Positions 47,992 to 58,302 of a stretch of 64,000 nucleotides of DNA are shown here, in pieces. How positions within the stretch are numbered: position 1 is the first letter of the stretch; each line of letters opens with the position of its first letter. Made by a program: the position numbers and the translations under genes. Source of the DNA: an uncultured delta proteobacterium (GTDB lineage Bacteria > Desulfobacterota > RBG-13-43-22); NCBI GenBank assembly GCA_963711835.1, contig CAVQFQ010000017.1, forward strand, positions 320,001 to 384,000, in the 5' to 3' direction. The notes beneath the pieces were generated by a model. That model made no database searches. It was given only the letters and a program-made list of their open reading frames with translations, and had not been told where the DNA came from.

Positions 47992-49819
47992 ATGCCCTTC
48001 CCGAAATTCAGACACCTCTTGAATATCATTCTACTGGGGCTAGGGGGCGGCTTTGTGCTGCTGCCTTCCAATGGAGCGGCCTGGACGGGAGATCCCTGGG
48101 GACCGATTACCAGGGATCAGGTTATTGCCGCGGCCATTGAAATGGTCGATTTGCAATGGAGCCCCAACCGGAATATCACCAACTGGCAAGGCTGGGGCTA
48201 TTATGACGAAAATGGCTATTACATTGAATTTGCAACCTATTTTCGAAGGGACGTGATTTACACCGGCATTGCCTATACCCGGCGGGATCCTCAAGAAAAT
48301 TGGGATGAATTTTATTATGCTGTGACGAACACGGCCGGGGGAAACACGGCCTATGGGGTCGATTGTTCCGGTTTTGTTTCCGTAAGCTGGGGGTTGCCGA
48401 AAAGATATAATTCCGGGGATTTGGAATGTGACGCCGTTAATGCCCGCCACGATTGCTCCAATTACAGGTGGTTGACCGACGATTACGTGGTATCCCTGGC
48501 CGGGTTTGGCCAGGCCTTCAACGTAAACCTCTTGCCCGGGGATGCCCTGAATTACCCCGGCCATCACACTTTCCTTTTCAACCGCTATCTCGACAGCGGC
48601 ACTATAGAGGCCATGGAGCAGCTTCCCTCTGCTCCCCGGAGGAGTACCTGGGCTTACAGCCAATTGATCGATTACCGGCCCATACGAAGACAAATGATCA
48701 CCAACACCCATAGTTGGGATTTCGATGCTCCAAACAACCCCAAGGAAGGCTGGACCGCGGTCAATGCCGAACAATTTTTTGCTGAGAACGGCCTCTTAAT
48801 AATCGAACCCCGGGGCTTCAGATCCCCAGGTCATTAGCCCCCCCATTGTTGAAAATCCGGCCAATTCAAATATTGTCCAGATCCGCATGGCCAGCAATGC
48901 CCCGGACGGACAGGGCGCGGTGTACTTTACGGTCCAGGGAAGTTCAAATTTTTCGGAGGACAAAAAAGTTCCTTTTTCGGTGGTCAATGAACCGGGGGGA
49001 ACGGCCCGCTTTTACGAATATGTGGTGCCCATGTTGATCAACCCGAATTGGGCGGGGACCATTACCCGAATCCGGATCGATCCCTCCGATACCGGGATTC
49101 CAGGAAGCGGCTATGACGCCGTCGGATTCGATTATATTAAATTAACCCACTCTTCCCTGGTGACCGGCAATCAAGCCTCGTCGGCCGGGAATTCCGGAAA
49201 CAAAACCGCCACCCCCGGCCAGATGTTCACGGCCTGGTTCGATGTTAAGAACACCGGGTCTTCGGTCTGGTCAGGAGACCTTGGCTATGCCCTGGGATGG
49301 GTCTCCGGCGGCAGCGCTCCTTCTCACGCTTGGATCGGCCTGTTGCCCGGTGAGCTGATTAAGCCCGGGGAAATAAGAAGATGGAACCTCACTTTTACTG
49401 CTCCCCTATCTCCGGGGCTTAATACCATTACCTGGCAGATGGCCCAAGATCTGGTGCAGCGCTTCGGAGATCCTCTGGCCTTAACCCTGATCGTAGTGAC
49501 CGATGTTCCTCAAGCTGCCAACAATTTAATGGTTTCAAAAGGAGACTATCCTTTTGCCGTTCACCTGGGATGGTCGGCCTCTTCGGATGCTGATGGATAT
49601 AAGATATTCCGCAGGGAAGGGACCGCAGACTATGCCTTGATCGGGACTACCGGGGCCGTGCTGTTTAATGACCGGACAGCTGATGTGGGAAAGACCTACG
49701 ACTATTGCGTTAAAGCCTATAATGTAATCGGTGACGGCCCGGATGTTTGTGACAGTGGTTTCTATTCGCTTGCCCCCCAGACCATCATTTACATTCCTTT
49801 TATTCTAAATGAACCCTGA
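47992..49819 (+). CDS. Secreted NlpC/P60-like protein with Ig/FN3-like domains; apparent +1 frameshift at 48808-48811
   Basis: GVDCSGFVS..GHHTFLF catalytic pattern. Removing one C joins it to ORF 48887..49819 (VKNTGSSVW, FN3-like YDYCVKAYN), which ends IYIPFILNEP. Confidence 0.7.
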
Positions 49820-49937
49820 AAAGGCCTTTCCTCCTTTCCCTGTTTAAAAAAATCCTCACTTAAATAAGTTTCTTTTAAAAAAAATTAATATGTGCTATTA
49901 TCCATCCGGCACATTATAGAGAAGACAATTCTAAATT

Positions 49938-50379
49938 ATGGGTCGTTTTCCTTCCGCCATGAGTTTGTTTGTAGTGGTTCATCTCCTGATTCTTTTGTGG
50001 CTCCCTCTTCTCTGGGCCGGCTCCGAGGGGTTTAAGGGCCGAATGGGAGGCCCCTGTGAATACAATCAGTACCGGGGGAAGGCCCGGATTGCATCCATCA
50101 AGGGGTTGCCGGAACCAAATCAGGGCCGGGAGAAATTCGAGGTAAAGTTTATTTTTCTGCCGGAGGAAGAGATCAAGGAATCCTTTGCCCGGGTGGAAGG
50201 CCGGGAATTTCTTGCTGCTCCTGGCCAATTCCACCTACCCGGAAGGCCCTTTCCTGGATCGTTATCAGATCAAGCCGGGCAGGGTCTTTGACTGTATCTT
50301 GAAAGTGATCAGGAAGGGGACCTGTACGCCAATGTTGTTTGATTTCCCCGGTATCAATCTGTCGGATTATGAAAAATAA
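49938..50379 (+). CDS. Hypothetical secreted protein; apparent frameshift near 50210
   Basis: GGPCEY N-part and GTCTP C-part lie in adjacent frames and join by deleting one T. Confidence 0.55.
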
Positions 50380-50392
50380 AAAGAAACCTGAC

Positions 50393-50530
50393 TTGATGGA
50401 TTCGTAAAAAGTCGCTGAAAGCTCATTTTTGTCATCCCCGTGAAAACGGGAATCCAGTATTTTTAATTAGTTACACATGGCTTGGATTCCCGCCTGCGCG
50501 GGAATGACGACTTTTTACGAACTTGTCTAA
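50393..50530. mobile_element. MITE-like element carrying a CGTC-REP pair
   Basis: Perfect 14-bp IR TTCGTAAAAAGTCG / CGACTTTTTACGAA enclosing GTCATCCCCGTGAAAACGGGAATCCAG..TGGATTCCCGCCTGCGCGGGAATGACG. Confidence 0.8.
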
Positions 50531-50558
50531 CTTAACTGTTTGAAAAAGGAGAGTTAAT

Positions 50559-52401
50559 ATGAAAAAAATCATCAGACCTTTACTGGCGCTTTTCTTTTTC
50601 TGTACCCTGTTTGGGATTACGTTTAGTCAACCGGTGCTGGCCAATGATTATGAAACCCTGAATGCCTCCATCATGCGGCCGGATCCGAGCTGACCTTGAT
50701 GGACTGGATTCAAAAGTCCAAAGAGGCCCCCAAGACCGTCATAGATGAGGATATTAAGCAGAAGGTCATACAATTCATGGCGGAAGGGATTGGGGCTTCC
50801 AATAGCTTGTTAAGCCATATCAGTTATATCCCGGCGGAACGCCAACAAGGAAACTGCGGGAATTGCTGGAACTGGGCCGGGACCGGGGTTATGGAAGTGG
50901 CCCTGGATGTGCAAGGTGTTGCCAAAAATCGTCTTTCAACGCAATATCTCAATTCCTGTAAAACCGATCAATTTGCCTGTTGCGGGGGCTGGTTGTCCAC
51001 CTATGCCAACTGGTACGCCCAGTCAGCACAAAAGAAGGCGATTCCCTGGTCCAATACCAACGCTTCCTATGCTGATGCCAATGCCGATTGCCGGAATGCA
51101 TCCAGTGCTCGCTCCTGTGGAAGTATTAGTACAACGCCCAACTATCCCATCAACGCTATCACCATGGAAACAGTTCCGGTTGTTGCCGGCAACCAGGTGC
51201 AGACCATCGCCAACATAAAGAGTGTCATTGACGGAATCCCAAACAGGGCCATCTGGTTTGGCTTTTTTCTGCCCAACCAGACGTCCTGGGATAATTTTTT
51301 TAATTTCTGGAACAATCAGAATGAAAGCGCCGTCTTCAATATGAGCGGCTATTGCGGCCAGACCTATGACCAAAACGGAGGGGGCCACGCCGTCGTCCTC
51401 GTAGGTTATAACGACAGCGTCGCTGAACCTTACTGGGAATTTTTAAACAGTTGGGGAACGGCCAACGGCAACCGTCCTAACGGCCTTTTCCGGATCAGAA
51501 TGAACATGAATTATGATTGCCAGTATAATTTTAGTAGCGGACCCGACGACGCCTTCTACTGGCAGACGCTGAATGTGCAATTCCAGGGGACCCCAACCCA
51601 ATGCACCTATTCCATCTCCCCGCAGAGCGAGTATGTCTCTGCCAGCGGCGGAACCCGAACGGTCAATGTGACCGCCAGTCTTGGCAGTTGCACCTGGACC
51701 GCCAGTGAATCCTTAGGTTGGGTTACCCTCAACAATTCAAGCGGGACGGGCAATGGAAGCGTTTCCTATACCGTGGCCGCCAATTCCGGCCCTCAACGGA
51801 GCGGAACCATTATCATTGCCGGCCAGACCTATACCGTCACCCAGGAGGGTACCGGCGGAACGGGAAGTCCAATCTTCTGAGGAATTACGGCTTTGAAGAT
51901 GGTGACTATGTTGCATTGGGTAGATTCTGGACTCTAGGATCATTTGGGATTTTCCCTGCGATCTCGGCAGCCACCTTTTGCGCTTATGACGGGAACTGGC
52001 TGGCCTGGTTGGGAGGATATCATAACGCTCAGGATGATATCTATCAGGTAGGTTTATATCCCGTGCCACCGCCACCAGGAAAAGCAATGGGATTAAGATT
52101 TATGTATGCCATAGGAACGAACGAATTACCGGGGACCCCCTATGATTTTCTTAAAGTGTATATTTCGAACGCCAGTGATCCCTATAATGACTGGGAAATG
52201 CTGCTTTCATTAAGCAACCTGGATGCTACGAATGGCTGGCGCCCCAGTCCTCTTTTAAGGATTCCACCGGCCTTTATTGGAAAAAACGTCTGGATTGAAT
52301 TTTACGGCACAACCGATTCGTCTAATAACACGAATTTTTTTATCGATAATGTCGTACTGGCTGAATTTAATTTTTTTTACCTGCCGCTTATACTGAAATA
52401 A
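50559..52401 (+). CDS. Secreted papain-like (C1A) cysteine protease + BACON-like domain + C-terminal domain; apparent frameshifts near 50690 and 51863
   Basis: Signal peptide from ATG 50559 (AGGAG), QQGNCGNCW, GGHAV, NSWG, CTWTAS..WVT..SGTGNGSV; ends FFYLPLILK. Confidence 0.75.
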
Positions 52402-52445
52402 CCTAAACGTTGCAAAAAAATTATCGATTAACCGACTCACCTACA

Positions 52446-52492
52446 AAATCCCCCGCTGCCCCCCTTTGTCAAAGGGGGGCAGCGGGGGATTT
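52446..52492. repeat. Perfect 22-bp-stem hairpin between convergent genes
   Basis: AAATCCCCCGCTGCCCCCCTTT-GTC-AAAGGGGGGCAGCGGGGGATTT. Confidence 0.85.
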
Positions 52493-52568
52493 ATTAAAGC
52501 GGTGACCTTCACCTTGGGTAAAATCCTCCGAGCAGATTAAAAAACCTTATGTTGTCGATTAACCCCAC

Positions 52569-53432
52569 CTATTTCTTCTTATACTCATACCACCCCGCGC
52601 CGGTTTTGCGTCCCAGACGGCCGGCGCGGATCATGTTTTTCAGCAGGGTAGGGGCGACCCACTTGCTTTCCTTGTTCAGTTCGTTATAGAAATAATCGGA
52701 AACGTATTTAGCGATATCGACACCCGTCAGGTCCATCAATTCAAAAGGCCCCATGGGATAGTTGAGCCCAAGCTTAACGGCCTTATCCACGTCCTCGGGC
52801 GTGGCAATCCCTTCCTGAACGATATTGATGGCCTCGAGCATATGAGGGATCATGATTCGGTTGACGATAAACCCCGGGGAATCTATCTTGACTTCCACGG
52901 TTTCCTTGCCCATCTTTTTGGCCAAATCGGTCGTAACCTGAACGGTTTCGTCGTTAGTATGAAAGCCGCGGATGACCTCCACCAGACGCATCAAGGGGAC
53001 GGGATTAAAGAAATGCATCCCGACCACCTTTTCGGGTCGCCGGGTAGCCACGGCGATCTCGGTAATGGACATGGAAGAGGTATTGGTGCCTAAAATGACT
53101 TCCGGCCGGCAGATGCCGTCCAATTCCTTAAAGACGGATTTTTTTAAATTCAGGTCCTCGATTACGGCCTCGACGACAAAATCCACATCCTTCAGATCGG
53201 TCATGTTGATCGTGCCTTTGATCCGGCCCAAAACGACGTTCTTCTGTTCTTCGGTCATTTTGCCTTTTTCAACGCTTTTGCTCAAAAAACGATTGATATT
53301 TTTTAGACCGTTTTCCACAAAACGCTCCTCAACATCCCGCATGACCACCTCACAACCAATCTGAGCCGCTATCTGGGCAATCCCATTGCCCATGGTGCCG
53401 GCGCCGACAACCCCAAGCTTCTTTATTTCCAT
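52569..53432 (-). CDS. hbd: 3-hydroxybutyryl-CoA dehydrogenase
   Basis: GAGTMGNGIA, VEAVIE, TNTSS, GMHFFNP, PGFIVNR and PMGP. Confidence 0.93.
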   Translation of the reverse strand: MEIKKLGVVGAGTMGNGIAQIAAQIGCEVVMRDVEERFVENGLKNINRFLSKSVEKGKMTEEQKNVVLGRIKGTINMTDLKDVDFVVEAVIEDLNLKKSVFKELDGICRPEVILGTNTSSMSITEIAVATRRPEKVVGMHFFNPVPLMRLVEVIRGFHTNDETVQVTTDLAKKMGKETVEVKIDSPGFIVNRIMIPHMLEAINIVQEGIATPEDVDKAVKLGLNYPMGPFELMDLTGVDIAKYVSDYFYNELNKESKWVAPTLLKNMIRAGRLGRKTGAGWYEYKKK

Positions 53433-53635
53433 TGGATAGAACCTCCTTTGAATTTTTTCCCGAGACTACAACAGAACCCGCCCTTTTGTCAATTCCGACC
53501 GGATCATCATCCATCGGAGCCATAAACATGGATTCCGGAACCTGCCCGCTCCCGGCCCCCTAACCACTTGACAGAATTAACAGAAGTCGCTAATGAATAG
53601 TTAATCTTCTTTATTTTTCATTACAAAGGCAACCC

Positions 53636-54304
53636 ATGGCCCAGTCCATCCCCAGGGAATTATTAGCCGCCTTTAATGATCCCGGCACGGGAACAGCCAT
53701 CCCCTGGGAAAACTATCTCCTTAACTCGGACTATCCACTTGGCAGTCGCCGGGCCTTATGGCTTGAATTTTTATTGAGGGCCGGGCCGGAGCGTTTTAAA
53801 GAAGGCTGGCAGCAATTACCCGTTGAAGATCGGAAAAGGTTGGGCTGCCTGATTTTGGAAGGCTATCTTTTTCAGCCCCTGGTAATCCCTATCTGGCCGG
53901 AAAAAAAGAACGGGCTCCCGGCCGGTCCTCTAAAGACCTACCGGGAGGGCGGGATACTCCGGGTGGAATCCCTTTCGGAGATTAATGGTCTTCCGCGCTA
54001 TTATTATCCTCTGGCCCATAACCGGCTTTGGCCTGTCTTGTTGCCTTTAATCCGGGAAGGGCTTTTTAATGTCCAAGGGCTCCCGGCGCTTCTTCAATCC
54101 ACCTTGAGGCTGGCTTCCCGATCCGGATTAAAGAAAATTCGGGATCGCCTTCAGGAAATCCAATCCCATGTTTTAAAAGAAAGGCCTATACCGGTTGAAG
54201 CCTTTGATCCTCCCCGAATTAAAAAAGCGGAAACCGGGGTTCCAAAGCCCCCCAAGGCGAGGAAAAAAAGCAAAGGCCCAACAGGGCAAATGAAACTTTG
54301 GTAG
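53636..54304 (+). CDS. Hypothetical protein
   Basis: Long ORF filling the gap, downstream of a TTGACA box; no recognised motif. Confidence 0.6.
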   Translation: MAQSIPRELLAAFNDPGTGTAIPWENYLLNSDYPLGSRRALWLEFLLRAGPERFKEGWQQLPVEDRKRLGCLILEGYLFQPLVIPIWPEKKNGLPAGPLKTYREGGILRVESLSEINGLPRYYYPLAHNRLWPVLLPLIREGLFNVQGLPALLQSTLRLASRSGLKKIRDRLQEIQSHVLKERPIPVEAFDPPRIKKAETGVPKPPKARKKSKGPTGQMKLW

Positions 54305-54382
54305 GCTGGTCCGAGGACGGTTTATTAGTCTTTATCGTTTGGGGGTCGAGGTTAAAAACTCACGGCGTTTTCCATCAGCCTA

Positions 54383-54958
54383 TCAGGCATGCCCGACTGT
54401 ATCGGTTAAGAGGCTTAGGTCGATTCCCAATAGTTTGGCGGCGTTTCCCCAACGTTTTTCAATAGGGGTGTTAAAAAGAATGGCCTCGTCTACAGGACAG
54501 GTTAACCAGGCATTGGCCATGATTTCGGACTCCAATTGACCCGGTCCCCAACCGGCACAACCCAGGGCGATGAGAAAGGATTCGGGACCTTTCCCCTTGG
54601 CCAGGGCCTCCAGAATATCTTTGGAGTTGCTCAAGGCCAGGGAGGGCGTGACCGGGTGAAATCCTTCCCATCCGAACGGCGGGCCATGAAGAATAAAAAC
54701 TTGGCCTTTATGCACCGGCCCTCCCAGGTGTATGGGAAGGGATTGGGTGGCCGGGTTGGATGGTAATCCCAATTCCTGGAAAACTGCATTGCTGTTCAAA
54801 TCGTCATAGACCCGGTTGATTACCAGACCTAAGGCCCCGTCCGGGGTGTGTTCACAAATGCAAGTGACTGTTTGATAAAAATTCGGATCCACCAGACTGG
54901 GCATGGCGATTAGAAAATGACCTTTTAGAGACGTACGGTTGCCTATTCCTGAACGCAT
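54383..54958 (-). CDS. yqgE: YqgE/AlgH family protein
   Basis: LIAMPSLVDPNF, GLVINR, GGPV, GCAGWGPGQLESE, GHA end. Confidence 0.92.
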   Translation of the reverse strand: MRSGIGNRTSLKGHFLIAMPSLVDPNFYQTVTCICEHTPDGALGLVINRVYDDLNSNAVFQELGLPSNPATQSLPIHLGGPVHKGQVFILHGPPFGWEGFHPVTPSLALSNSKDILEALAKGKGPESFLIALGCAGWGPGQLESEIMANAWLTCPVDEAILFNTPIEKRWGNAAKLLGIDLSLLTDTVGHA

Positions 54959-55140
54959 AGCTCCTCGTCCCCGTAAACCTGATTTTATTTTAGGGGGAGT
55001 TGGGTAGGTTGTCAAGAAATGCCTTTTTCTCGCCTGACCGGACCTCTGAGGGGAATTGACCCCTTTCAGGAAGATAGGCTATTTTTATGAGAGCTCTCTC
55101 TCCCGGGTTGGTCATCGTCAAAAGGAAGGAGAAGAACAAT

Positions 55141-55467
55141 ATGAGTCAACGAAAAATCCTGGTTAAGTACAAGGAGTCTCATGATTACCGGAAAGGAGCG
55201 GCCTCGGGGGTCTTCGGGGGGCCTACCCCGGCCGGGGGATTGATGTGTAATTTTTTTCTTGAAACGCGGGCTGTTCCCGACCAGGTGGAAATCGAAATTG
55301 ATTCGAGCGGTGCAGCGATTGAAAAACCCGTGACGGAGGAGGGGCAGGAGGTGTTTATCCGCGAAATCCTCTTCGGAGTTCTCCTGAGTCCCCAGGTGGC
55401 CCGATCCATCGGAGACTGGCTGATCCAGCGCTCGCGGGAAATGATGGAAAAACCCATACTGCAATGA
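55141..55467 (+). CDS. Hypothetical protein (DUF3467-like)
   Basis: GVFGGPTP..NFFLE..LSPQVARSIGDWL; AGGAG RBS. Confidence 0.6.
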   Translation: MSQRKILVKYKESHDYRKGAASGVFGGPTPAGGLMCNFFLETRAVPDQVEIEIDSSGAAIEKPVTEEGQEVFIREILFGVLLSPQVARSIGDWLIQRSREMMEKPILQ

Positions 55468-55540
55468 AAAAGGATCCCAGGATCCACGGCTTCCGGGGTT
55501 CGAGTAAGGAAAACCCTGCTCGCTCTTGAGTCCTTGACCC

Positions 55541-56137
55541 CTAAAAGCTTATGACCTTTTCAGCTACCTGCAGGCTGGTCACAATATCGAGCATATTGGT
55601 GGTTTCCCCGACCTGTTTCTTTTCCAGGAGGCCGAAATGATTAAGGCAGGTCCCGCAGACCAGGATGGATACCCCTTCGGATTCCAGTTCTTTCAAAGGT
55701 TCCAACGCCTCGGCCCCTTCCACTGTCAGCTTGACCCCTGAATTCAAAAAGACCAGTCGCCACAGGGAAGGCCCCATTTCCTTCAAGGTCTTAAGGAAGT
55801 TCTGCATGAGCAAGGCGCCCAATTGGTCATCCCCACGGCCGATCTTGTCCTGGACGATCAGAACCATGAGCTTCTCGGGGGCTGCCAATTCTTCTGATGT
55901 TGAAAGAGAGCATCCGGCAGACTCCTCTTTTTTCCCGGTGACCTTATAGCCCGCACCGGAACCTTCAATGGAAGCTGCAAATCCCCGTGTTCCGAGAAAT
56001 CGTTCCACGTTTTGAGCGGCTGCCGGGTTGTCCACCAGGACCGATAAAGTCTGGGTTTTGGGATAGGTCTCTAAAAAGGTCTTGGTTTCCAGGACGGGTT
56101 GAGGACAGCTCAGCCCCAGACAGTCTACCGTTTCCAT
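55541..56137 (-). CDS. yedF: Sulfurtransferase-like selenium metabolism protein YedF (TusA + DsrE domains)
   Basis: DCLGLSCPQPV, IGRGDDQLG, FLNSGVKL, CGTCL and TNM. Confidence 0.88.
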   Translation of the reverse strand: METVDCLGLSCPQPVLETKTFLETYPKTQTLSVLVDNPAAAQNVERFLGTRGFAASIEGSGAGYKVTGKKEESAGCSLSTSEELAAPEKLMVLIVQDKIGRGDDQLGALLMQNFLKTLKEMGPSLWRLVFLNSGVKLTVEGAEALEPLKELESEGVSILVCGTCLNHFGLLEKKQVGETTNMLDIVTSLQVAEKVISF

Positions 56138-56296
56138 AGGGATCAGGCTCCTTAACTAAGATTAGGTGATAGTAATCCGATCTATTCGGGATTGGTTTTA
56201 ACTTAGTAAAACCCCAGAAGAAAAGTCAAATAGGAAATGATAGGGAAAGTGGCAATATATGATAGTTTTTCCCTATGGTGTCGGCAGCGATTTCTT

Positions 56297-58003
56297 TTAT
56301 AGGGGCGTATAGGTGGAGTGATTTACTTCCGAATCAGGTTCTTTTTGATCGCGGATTTTGGCTAAGTCCAGGCAGCGAATGCCCTTCGATAATTCCTCAA
56401 AAATCGTCAGGTCAATCTCCCGGACCATTTCACTGAGTTGTTGGAGGCTGTTCAACAACTCCAAATGAAGATTGCTGGTCTCTTCGGTTTCTCTAACGCC
56501 TTCGGACAAGCGGTGGATGTGGTTTTGGCGGTACTCCCGGATCAAAGCAATGATTCGAGGGTGCTCGCCAAGGGTCTCTTCGGCCAGACAGGAGTTGTTT
56601 TGAACCAGGGCCTTATGGGTCATGCGCATGACCCGGGTCAGCCTGCCGACCAGGACCAGCAACTCTTCTTTCCCGAAAGAAGAAAAGTGAATGCCCTGGC
56701 TCAACTTGGATTCGATTCGGTATTTGACATCCCGTTCGACCACATCATTTATTTTTTCCAGACTATCCAGGATATGGATCAAGCCCATGGCGTAGGCATG
56801 CTCTTCCCGGTTTAGGGGCTGGCGAAGAACCCGGGTCAGGTATTCCATGGCGGCCTTAAACAAGACATCCATAACTTTCTCCCGGTAGACAATGCGCTCC
56901 AAAAATTCCACATTGCTGCTCTCCAGGGACCGTTTGATATACCAGACCATGCGCAGGGTGCCGGCGGAGAGCCGGATCGTTTCCTTGTGAGCCAAACCGA
57001 TCGCTACCGAAGGCATGGTGATGACTTCTTCCCGCAGATACTTGGGCTCCAGTTCCGGGATTCTTTTATCGGGCAGGATTTTTTCGATGAGACGTGATCC
57101 CAGATTGCTGAAAGGCAGAAAAAGGGCGGTCAGGCCGACGTTGAAGAAAGTATGGGCATTGGCCACCTGGAAGGCCGTCGAAGAAGTTAAGGAAGCCAAA
57201 AAGAGGCTGAACCAGGGGACAAACGGAAAAAGCAGGACCGTCCCTCCCAGTTTGGAGAAAAAATGGGCTAAGGCAACCCGCTGGGCCTCACGGCGCGATC
57301 CCAGGCTGGCCAGGAGGGCCGTGAAAGAGGTCCCCACATTGCTGCCCAGCAGGATATAAATAGCGGCGTTTAAATCCAATAAATGATAACCGGCCAGCAC
57401 CATGACAATGCCCAGGACGGCCGCACTGCTGTGGACCAAAAAAGTAACCAGCGCCGAAACCAGGACCGCCAGCAGAGACCAGCGGCTGACCAAAAGCAGG
57501 ACTTGGCTGAATTCGGGAAGTTCTTGCAGGGGCTTAAGGCAGTCCCCGATTATTTTAAGCCCCAGGAATAAAAAACCAAACCCGATTACGGCTTGGCCGA
57601 TGCGTTTGTAGCGGTCTCTCTTGGCGAAGAAAACGACCGGGGCTCCCAGGCCGACGAACAGGAAAGATAATTCGGTAAACTTAAGGGCGATCAACTGGGC
57701 CGTGACGGTAGTTCCAATATCGGCTCCGAGGATGACCGGCATGGACTGCCTGAGGGTTATTACGGCCGCATTAGTCAAGCCGACCAGGATCACGGTAGTG
57801 GCGGTACTGCTCTGAAAAAGGACAGTAATGACGGCACCGGCCAGGACCCCCAGCAAGGGCTTTTTGGTCACCGATTCCAGGAGGGCGCGGAGCTGGCGTC
57901 CTAAGATCTTCTGCAATCCATCGCCCATGACCTGGATGCCGTAGAGCAGGATGCCGATTCCACCGAAGAAGCCCAGAAAAGTTGTCAACCATAAACGGTT
58001 CAA
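56297..58003 (-). CDS. Na+/Pi cotransporter family protein with a PhoU-like C-terminus
   Basis: QSSTAT..GADIGTT and HSSAA..GSNVGT repeats, ANAHTFFN. Confidence 0.9.
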   Translation of the reverse strand: MNRLWLTTFLGFFGGIGILLYGIQVMGDGLQKILGRQLRALLESVTKKPLLGVLAGAVITVLFQSSTATTVILVGLTNAAVITLRQSMPVILGADIGTTVTAQLIALKFTELSFLFVGLGAPVVFFAKRDRYKRIGQAVIGFGFLFLGLKIIGDCLKPLQELPEFSQVLLLVSRWSLLAVLVSALVTFLVHSSAAVLGIVMVLAGYHLLDLNAAIYILLGSNVGTSFTALLASLGSRREAQRVALAHFFSKLGGTVLLFPFVPWFSLFLASLTSSTAFQVANAHTFFNVGLTALFLPFSNLGSRLIEKILPDKRIPELEPKYLREEVITMPSVAIGLAHKETIRLSAGTLRMVWYIKRSLESSNVEFLERIVYREKVMDVLFKAAMEYLTRVLRQPLNREEHAYAMGLIHILDSLEKINDVVERDVKYRIESKLSQGIHFSSFGKEELLVLVGRLTRVMRMTHKALVQNNSCLAEETLGEHPRIIALIREYRQNHIHRLSEGVRETEETSNLHLELLNSLQQLSEMVREIDLTIFEELSKGIRCLDLAKIRDQKEPDSEVNHSTYTPL

Positions 58004-58072
58004 TGAAGACCTCCGTCGGCTATTTTACAATCAGTACCGGTCTAACGCGTTAGGTAAGCCACCAAATCCTCT

Positions 58073-58142
58073 GCGGCGGACTCCCCCCTCTGAGGGGGAC
58101 GGCCATGAGCCGGGTCAAAGAGGAAAATTTCAATTCTCTTTG
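58073..58142 (+). repeat. 70-bp dispersed structured repeat, copy 2
   Basis: 69/70 identical to 25195-25264. Confidence 0.85.
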
Positions 58143-58302
58143 GTTCGTAATTATTCCTGATAGCATACAATGCGGCTCATTTCAAGAAAACCAAGGCCGA
58201 AGAAGCGGAGGGCGCCAAAACCATTTTCCGAATGGTGAAGCAGAAAAAAATACCCAAGCGGCTTCAACTTGACTTTTCCCCTCGGAAAAATTAGAAAAGA
58301 AA

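Noticed and set aside
13508-50530. REP doublets as a CRISPR array
   Set aside because: They are dispersed inverted pairs, not direct repeats with unique spacers, and no cas genes are present.
50689-50699. TGA at 50691 as a possible selenocysteine codon
   Set aside because: A second TGA follows two codons later and the protease continues in a different frame, so this is an indel rather than read-through.
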